The notes under the pieces: generated by a model
Seen by the model: the letters and a program-made list of their open reading frames with translations, nothing else
Told to the model about the DNA's origin: nothing
Databases searched by the model: none
Part shown: piece after piece, positions 29,274 to 35,000 of the stretch
Position numbering within the stretch: position 1 is the stretch's first letter
How the letters are laid out: each line of letters starts with the position of its first letter
Assembly (NCBI GenBank): GCA_038128845.1
Contig: JAYPKL010000003.1
Span: forward strand, 1-55,920
Direction: 5' to 3'
DNA length: 55,920 nucleotides
Origin: Candidatus Woesearchaeota archaeon
GTDB taxonomy: Archaea > Nanobdellota > Nanobdellia > UBA10117 > ARS21
Made by a program: the position numbers and the translations under genes

Positions 29274-29348
29274 GCCCCTTTAGTGTAGTCCGGTCAATCA
29301 TCCATGGTTCTCAGCCGTGTGACGCGGGTTCAAATCCCGCAAGGGGCG
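29274..29348 (+). tRNA. tRNA-Glu(CTC)
   Basis: GCCCCTT/AAGGGGC acceptor; CATGG-TT CTC AG-CCGTG; T-arm GCGGG-TTCAAAT-CCCGC. Confidence 0.95.
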
Positions 29349-29441
29349 TACTATTATTAGTGACATTTAGTGTAGTATATTTAGAATTTTTAAAAAAAGT
29401 CTAATAAATAAATTTATAAACCAATTATTGAAGGCTAAATA

Positions 29442-30251
29442 ATGGCATTATATCATCCACACGAGAAAGAACAGGTTAGAGCTATAAGATATACATTAGA
29501 AACAGCTCCGCAAATTCAAAAACAGCTTAAAGAAAAATTTGGATACGGAGAAAATATGTTCTTTGATTTAGATTTAATAGAATATAGAATTCATAATTCT
29601 CGTAAAAAAATTGCCGAAGAGTTAGATGTTAAGTCTCTTTATGGTTTAAATGAGAATATTGCTGAAGGCGCAGTAAGTTATGCTTTTAGAGGTTACGATA
29701 GTGAAGAGTTTTTACCCGAATATAAGTTCGAAGGATTGTTTGGAGAACAATTGAATGATCTAATTGAAAAGAATAGAGGTAGTATAACTTGTCGGATTTA
29801 TGGTCGGATTATGCGTCGGAAAAGTGCTGAAGCACAAGGTAAACATATTTGGAGTCTAGATGAATTAATAAGTTTACATGAAATTCGTGAAGAATCAATT
29901 GGTAAAGGTCGTTATAAGACAACACCATGTATGACTTATGTTGCTGAAAAATTTAATGAAAGACACGGAACAGAACTAACTGAAAAAGCATTAATTATGG
30001 CATATTCACAAAACAAACATCGTCTTTCTGAAGCCGGTGTTGAAATAGCTGAACCTTTTTGGAGTCTAGATAAGTTAGTAAGTTTACATGAAATTCGTGA
30101 AGAATCAATTGGTAAGGGTATTAAAAAAACTCAACCATGTATGACTTATGTTACTGAAAAATTTAATGAACGACACGGAACAGACTTTACTAAAAAAGAC
30201 TTAACAGGGATGTATTCACTCAACAAACATCGTCTTTCTGAAGAAGAATAA
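29442..30251 (+). CDS. modular repeat protein: N-terminal HTH-like domain plus 2 x 70-aa HTH/Myb-like modules
   Basis: 210-bp units start at 29850 and 30060 (WSLD..SLHEIREES.GKG..PC..YV.EKFNE.HGT..AYS.NK); paralog at 44627. Confidence 0.8.
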   Translation: MALYHPHEKEQVRAIRYTLETAPQIQKQLKEKFGYGENMFFDLDLIEYRIHNSRKKIAEELDVKSLYGLNENIAEGAVSYAFRGYDSEEFLPEYKFEGLFGEQLNDLIEKNRGSITCRIYGRIMRRKSAEAQGKHIWSLDELISLHEIREESIGKGRYKTTPCMTYVAEKFNERHGTELTEKALIMAYSQNKHRLSEAGVEIAEPFWSLDKLVSLHEIREESIGKGIKKTQPCMTYVTEKFNERHGTDFTKKDLTGMYSLNKHRLSEEE

Positions 30252-30330
30252 ATTTATTTAAACTATTACTAGTTTATTAAATCAACAGGTAAAATACTAA
30301 ATATATTTACCAATTGTCACTAACAATTCT

Positions 30331-30348
30331 AATCACGCAAGGGGCGTA
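30331..30348 (+). repeat. second copy of tRNA-Glu 3' end (att-like)
   Basis: 17/18 identity to 29333-29350. Confidence 0.85.
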
Positions 30349-30388
30349 TAATAACAATTATTATAAAGTTTGCAAACTAAATAAATTT

Positions 30389-30553
30389 ATGAAAGAAAAA
30401 TATAATACACTTGAAGAATTAATGGGAAATTTTTCATTTGATAAAAGTATTATGGAAAAACAGTTAGAGAATACTCATATGAATATCTTTGAAGTTTATA
30501 CGGGCGGCAATAGTCATATGAATATCTTTGAAGTTTATACGGGCGGTAACTGA
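30389..30553 (+). CDS. 54-aa microprotein ending in a 13-aa tandem duplication
   Basis: ATG 30389 about 29 nt after ATTATAAA; 39-bp units at 30470 and 30509 (NxHMNIFEVYTGG). Confidence 0.5.
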   Translation: MKEKYNTLEELMGNFSFDKSIMEKQLENTHMNIFEVYTGGNSHMNIFEVYTGGN

Positions 30554-30588
30554 ATCCTACTTTAAATATTAGTTTTTAATAATAAATT

Positions 30589-30616
30589 TAATTTTAGTTG
30601 AACATATTTGGATCTA
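30589..30616. repeat. 28-bp dispersed direct repeat, copy 1
   Basis: taattttagttgaacatatttRgatcta, 27/28 identical to 32312-32339. Confidence 0.85.
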
Positions 30617-30762
30617 GAAATGATACCCGTGCAGCTTGCTGCAATACAGCCCGAGATTTTCCTTTCCCATCTTAATATGTATATATAACGTAGAATCATA
30701 ACACATCTAAACAGTGTTCGTTCTTTCCCAAAATGAGATACGAAAGGGCAATTGTCACCTAG

Positions 30763-30779
30763 AATCTCGCAAGGGGCGT
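30763..30779 (+). repeat. third copy of tRNA-Glu 3' end (att-like)
   Basis: AATCTCGCAAGGGGCGT, 16/17 identity; preceded by CAATTGTCAC like the second copy. Confidence 0.85.
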
Positions 30780-30792
30780 GCAATGAGATATC

Positions 30793-31359
30793 CTATCTTT
30801 TTTTACTCAAAATATTTCCTTCTAATGGATTTTTATATGAACTTTTTGGTTTTCGGCTTTCGATTAATTTTCTCATATACTTAATTAATTTAGTGTCTAA
30901 AATCGCTCCATCAAAATTCGCATTCACTACTTCATCAAGAATCGCCCACCTAAGATCTACTTTTTTAAGATTTACTCCATCAAGATTCGCTCTTCTAAGA
31001 TTTGCCTTTCTAAGGATCGCACCTTCAAGATGAACTCCTCTAAGATCCACTTCCTTAAGATTTGTATACCGCATATTTGATGCTCCAAGATCTGCTCCCC
31101 GAATATTCACCCCTCGAAGATCAGCTCCCTGAAGATTCGCTCCCCAAAGATTTGCCTTTCTAAGATCCGCTCCTTCAAGATTCGCACCCCGAAGATCCGC
31201 TAACCCAAGATCCGATCCCCGAAGATCCGCTCCTTCAAGATTCGCTCCCCGAAGATTCGCTCCCCAAAGATACGCACCCCGAAGATACGCACCCCGAAGA
31301 TACGCTCCTTTTAGTGTTTTTAAAGAATATTCTTTTAATATATCTGCTATTGTTTTCAT
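30793..31359 (-). CDS. pentapeptide repeat protein
   Basis: About 25 consecutive A(D/N/Y)LxG-type pentapeptides, 15-bp DNA periodicity. Confidence 0.95.
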   Translation of the reverse strand: MKTIADILKEYSLKTLKGAYLRGAYLRGAYLWGANLRGANLEGADLRGSDLGLADLRGANLEGADLRKANLWGANLQGADLRGVNIRGADLGASNMRYTNLKEVDLRGVHLEGAILRKANLRRANLDGVNLKKVDLRWAILDEVVNANFDGAILDTKLIKYMRKLIESRKPKSSYKNPLEGNILSKKR

Positions 31360-31461
31360 TTTTTATATTTATTAATAATTTTATATAAAATTTTGTTTGA
31401 TGCTTAATTTTTATATTATTAAATAAATTATTTTTTATATTATAAATAATTAATATTTATT

Positions 31462-31503
31462 ATGTGCGGAACTTGTGGTTGTGACGATAAAGACGGAAAA
31501 TAA
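31462..31503 (+). CDS. 13-aa CxxCGC peptide MCGTCGCDDKDGK (not in ORF track)
   Basis: GC-rich ORF in extremely AT-rich DNA; TTTATATT 28 nt upstream; followed by a trailer shared with the repeat-protein gene. Confidence 0.45.
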   Translation: MCGTCGCDDKDGK

Positions 31504-31642
31504 GTTTATTTAAACTATTACTATTTTAGTTAACTATCAATGGTTAAGAAGAAAGATAATTATACCATAGTCAGCGAATTAATTATTAAAAATAAAATTC
31601 AAATAATATCTTATTACTAACCTAACTATGACTAGGAGAATT

Positions 31643-32308
31643 ATGAGAGGGAAACTATATCTTTCAGGCGGCGGAGATGAAAATCAAACTTATAATGCAG
31701 ATAAACAAATATTTGCCGATGTTAAAAAAATTCTTTATATACCTCTTGCATGGGAAGGAGACAAATCATACGCGTTATGCAAAAAATGGTTTGAAAATAT
31801 GATTTCAAAACATAAGCCGATTTCATATGATATGATTATTACAGGTACTACTGACAGAAATTTGAATAATTATGATTTAATATATATCGGAGGCGGCAAC
31901 ACATTTAAGCTACTTAAAGAATTAAGAGCTTCCGACTTGAGTAAAAAAATAATTGATTTCCTAAATAATGGAGGTAGCGTGTACGGAGGAAGTGCTGGTG
32001 CAATTATATGGGGAAAGCATATTGATCAAAAATACAGAAAAAAAATTATATCTAGCAGTACAGATGCAGATAAAAACAAAGTAAAACAAAGTAACACTTC
32101 TGGTTTCAACTTAGTTAAAGGATATGATATACAATGCCATTTTATAGATGACGAATTGAATGAATATATTGAATATTCAAAAAATAAGTCTGTCAAAATA
32201 CTTGCAATACCTGAAGAGAGCGTCCTAGAATTTGACGGTAAAAATTTTAGAGTTTTTGGCACTAAAAAAGTAACAATCATAGATAAAAAAAATATTTCAA
32301 AAATATAA
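31643..32308 (+). CDS. peptidase E (S51)-like class I glutamine-amidotransferase-fold protein
   Basis: LSGGG, IYIGGGNTF, GGSAGA nucleophile elbow; AGGAG SD before ATG 31643. Confidence 0.88.
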   Translation: MRGKLYLSGGGDENQTYNADKQIFADVKKILYIPLAWEGDKSYALCKKWFENMISKHKPISYDMIITGTTDRNLNNYDLIYIGGGNTFKLLKELRASDLSKKIIDFLNNGGSVYGGSAGAIIWGKHIDQKYRKKIISSSTDADKNKVKQSNTSGFNLVKGYDIQCHFIDDELNEYIEYSKNKSVKILAIPEESVLEFDGKNFRVFGTKKVTIIDKKNISKI

Positions 32309-32458
32309 ATCTAATTTTAGTTGAACATATTTAGATCTATTTAGATATTTTAAATAACGATATTTCCAGTCATAAGGATTAATGCTAGGATAATAAACTT
32401 GTTTTTGCTCAGGTCTAACTGAATAATATTTATTATATTTATATTCTAGATATTTCAT
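32297..32458 (-). CDS. 53-aa Tyr-rich micro-ORF containing the second 28-bp repeat (not in ORF track)
   Basis: MKYLEYKYNKYYSVRPEQKQVYYPSINPYDWKYRYLKYLNRSKYVQLKLDLYF. Confidence 0.35.
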   Translation of the reverse strand: MKYLEYKYNKYYSVRPEQKQVYYPSINPYDWKYRYLKYLNRSKYVQLKLDLYF

Positions 32459-32559
32459 CAATATTTAATATATTATTAATAAAAAATTTCGTTAGTATTT
32501 GTCTTATATTCATTAATCAACAAGATAATTATTTATAAAAATAATTTAAGAAAGATTAT

Positions 32560-33159
32560 ATGAATTTAGAACAAATTATTGATATTCCAAATTGGAAATT
32601 ATCTGTTGCAAAAACACAATTTGAAGCTGCAAATATTAACAATGTTTCAAAAATAAACTTTGAATTAAAAAATTTAGATGATTTTCTAAAAGAAACAACC
32701 ACATTAAGAGACGAACAAGGAAAACTATATCACAGAAGAGGTCGCCAAGGTTCTAGAAAAAGATTAAAGAATTTAGAAAGAGATTTTTTTTACGTAAATA
32801 ATAAAATATTCATACCAACTATACTTGAACCATTTACAGAAAATTTGATAAAATATTCAAAAGTCCCCGAATATATTTTAGAATTAGACTTAATGGACGA
32901 TAGAAATATAGTAAATATTTCAAAAATGTTAGATACAAAAAACCCAGAATTTAATGAAGTTTATGCAAAAATAAAAAAGCCAGGATTAGTTACATCGGAA
33001 GTAAGATTATTAGATACAACAAATAAACATTGGAATATGCCTAATAACAAATATGATTGGTTTAATATAATGTATCTATATAATTTTGATGATCAGTTAA
33101 AATACATGCTTCAAAATAATTTTTCTAAAGATACAATAAAGCGTTCTAAAAGTATATAA
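32560..33159 (+). CDS. hypothetical protein
   Basis: 199-aa ORF, no recognised motif. Confidence 0.6.
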   Translation: MNLEQIIDIPNWKLSVAKTQFEAANINNVSKINFELKNLDDFLKETTTLRDEQGKLYHRRGRQGSRKRLKNLERDFFYVNNKIFIPTILEPFTENLIKYSKVPEYILELDLMDDRNIVNISKMLDTKNPEFNEVYAKIKKPGLVTSEVRLLDTTNKHWNMPNNKYDWFNIMYLYNFDDQLKYMLQNNFSKDTIKRSKSI

Positions 33160-33180
33160 AGAATTAATTAAATTATAAAT

Positions 33181-33966
33181 ATGGTATATGAAAACTTGTT
33201 TCAATATACGCCAATTCAGCATGATTTAATTGCTCAAACACTTACACTTACATATACAATTATGATTGCAGCTCTTCTTTATTTTGCATTTAGTCTAAAA
33301 ACAAATGCTCCAAAATATCGTACATCTGGAATTCTTTCGATAGTTGTTATGACTTCCGCATTTATTATTTTATTTTACCAATCACAAAGCTGGCAAAATG
33401 CTTTTACCTTTAATGCAGAAATAGGAAAATATGTTTTAGATTCCGGAGCAGATTTATTCTCAAATGGATATAGATATCTTAATTGGTTGATTGATGTACC
33501 TATGTTATTATTTCAAATATTATTCATTGTAAATTTATCACAAAAAGAATTTATCACAAAAAGAAATTGGTTTTTCATTTCAGGTGCAGCAATGATATTA
33601 CTAGGTTATGTTGGTCAATTTTATGAAACAACTAATGTCAACATGTTTATTACACTTGGATTAATTTCAACTGTATTTTTCATTCATATTTTATATTTAA
33701 TTTATGGAATAATTAAAGGAGCAATTAAAGATTTATCAAAGCCGGCTGGAAAAATTATGGCAGGAATTTGGATATTATTTTTATTCTCTTGGACACTCTA
33801 TCCAATCGCATATGCAATGCCAGTATTAGGTTATGGAGAATGGGGAGTTGTTGCAAGACAAATGATTTTTTCAGTAGCAGATGTATTGTCTAAAGTAATT
33901 TATGGAATTTTACTTATGAGAGTTGGGCAATTAAGAAGTAAAGAAGACGGATATAAATATAATTAA
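33181..33966 (+). CDS. type-1 microbial rhodopsin, NDQ motif (KR2-like light-driven Na+ pump)
   Basis: 7 TM; helix C NGYRYLNWLIDVPMLLFQILF (R98, N101, D105, Q112); helix G ARQ..ADVLSKVIYG (D234, retinal K238). Confidence 0.93.
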   Translation: MVYENLFQYTPIQHDLIAQTLTLTYTIMIAALLYFAFSLKTNAPKYRTSGILSIVVMTSAFIILFYQSQSWQNAFTFNAEIGKYVLDSGADLFSNGYRYLNWLIDVPMLLFQILFIVNLSQKEFITKRNWFFISGAAMILLGYVGQFYETTNVNMFITLGLISTVFFIHILYLIYGIIKGAIKDLSKPAGKIMAGIWILFLFSWTLYPIAYAMPVLGYGEWGVVARQMIFSVADVLSKVIYGILLMRVGQLRSKEDGYKYN

Positions 33967-34079
33967 TTACAAGTTTCTCCTCTACAGCATTCATCGATAT
34001 TATAACCGCATTTTTTACATTGCCCGTGACCATGTACCCAAATTAAATCCGATTCATTGCCACAAAAACCACATCTCAT
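33963..34079 (-). CDS. 38-aa Cys/His-rich microprotein (not in ORF track)
   Basis: MRCGFCGNESDLIWVHGHGQCKKCGYNIDECCRGETCN; TTTATAAA 27 nt upstream; stop overlaps the rhodopsin stop. Confidence 0.7.
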   Translation of the reverse strand: MRCGFCGNESDLIWVHGHGQCKKCGYNIDECCRGETCN

Positions 34080-34126
34080 AATAAGTATATTAAATAGTTT
34101 TATAAATAAATTTTTGAAAAAGAAAT

Positions 34127-34360
34127 ATGGAAAATATAAATTACAAGAAAATACATGAAACAGCTATTGAATTGTCATCATATTTAACACGATATGAATC
34201 GGTTGAATCATTAAATGAAGTATATTTAATTAATGGAAGCTTTAGTTTTGATACATTATTTGATGATGCAGAAATAAGCATAAAAGAATTTGATGAAAAA
34301 ACACTTAATTCAATTATCGGATTGTCTTTAGATAAAGCAGGATTTTACGAATTATTGTAA
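34127..34360 (+). CDS. hypothetical protein
   Basis: 77-aa ORF, TTTATAAA 28 nt upstream. Confidence 0.55.
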   Translation: MENINYKKIHETAIELSSYLTRYESVESLNEVYLINGSFSFDTLFDDAEISIKEFDEKTLNSIIGLSLDKAGFYELL

Positions 34361-34501
34361 GTTCTCTAAATAATATTTTAGAAAAATTGAAAATAAATAA
34401 GAAACAAAAAGAATACCAAAAATCCAGTCTGCCATAATTCTTCTTGATATCATACCTCTGTGATCATGACCTTCATGCGTTTTATGACTTGGAATATTCA
34501 T
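34352..34501 (-). CDS. 49-aa His-rich membrane microprotein (not in ORF track)
   Basis: MNIPSHKTHEGHDHRGMISRRIMADWIFGILFVSYLFSIFLKYYLENLQ; TTTATATAAA 26 nt upstream. Confidence 0.6.
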   Translation of the reverse strand: MNIPSHKTHEGHDHRGMISRRIMADWIFGILFVSYLFSIFLKYYLENLQ

Positions 34502-34545
34502 ACTAAATTAACAAATCTTTATATAAATAAGTTTAGATATATTTT

Positions 34546-34971
34546 ATGAATTATGATTCAACATCTGGAAAAATAAATATTAATGAAATCGAAAGACTTC
34601 TGCTATATTTTTATCCAAAAGATAATACTCCCGGATGTACAAGTCAAGCAGTAATGTATTCTTCAAACCTGGATTATTTTAATAAAAAAGGGATTAAAAT
34701 AATCGGAGTAAGTAAAGATAATTTAACATCTCATGAAAAATTTATAGAAAAACATGATTTGAAAATTGATTTGATATCTGATGAAAATTTAGAATTAAAT
34801 AAAAAATTTGATGTTTGGAAATTAAAAAAATTCATGGGAAGAGAGTATATGGGAACAGACAGATCAACATTTTATTTAGAAAATGGTAAAATAATTATGC
34901 AATGGAATTCTATAAAATTAAAAGATCACTTAAATGAATTAAAAGATTTCTTTGATAAGCACATTAGTTAG
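34546..34971 (+). CDS. bcp: peroxiredoxin, BCP/PrxQ type
   Basis: FYPKDNTPGCT and DRSTF motifs. Confidence 0.93.
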   Translation: MNYDSTSGKININEIERLLLYFYPKDNTPGCTSQAVMYSSNLDYFNKKGIKIIGVSKDNLTSHEKFIEKHDLKIDLISDENLELNKKFDVWKLKKFMGREYMGTDRSTFYLENGKIIMQWNSIKLKDHLNELKDFFDKHIS

Positions 34972-35000
34972 CTTTAAAAACCACATATTATAGCCAATAT

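Larger units (their letters stand above)
29349..30348 (+). mobile_element. putative tRNA-Glu-integrated cassette 1 (about 1.0 kb) bounded by att-like direct repeats and inverted arms
   Basis: AATCCCGCAAGGGGCGTA (29333-29350) vs AATCACGCAAGGGGCGTA (30331-30348); TAGTGACATTT (29358) vs AATTGTCACTA (30312) inverted. Confidence 0.6.

Noticed and set aside
30470-30547. CRISPR array interpretation of the 39-bp (and 33/36-bp) repeats
   Set aside because: Units are contiguous without spacers, are multiples of 3 in frame within ORFs, and no cas genes are present.
30562-30783. 73-aa minus-strand ORF or integrase remnant in cassette 2
   Set aside because: It crosses att3 and the arm; translation of all three minus-strand frames shows no convincing R-H-R-H-Y recombinase motif.
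33181-33966. Xenorhodopsin, heliorhodopsin or proteorhodopsin assignment
   Set aside because: Helix C is NDQ rather than DTE/DTD/DSA, and helix G retains D-x3-K; topology and motifs match type-1 NaR.
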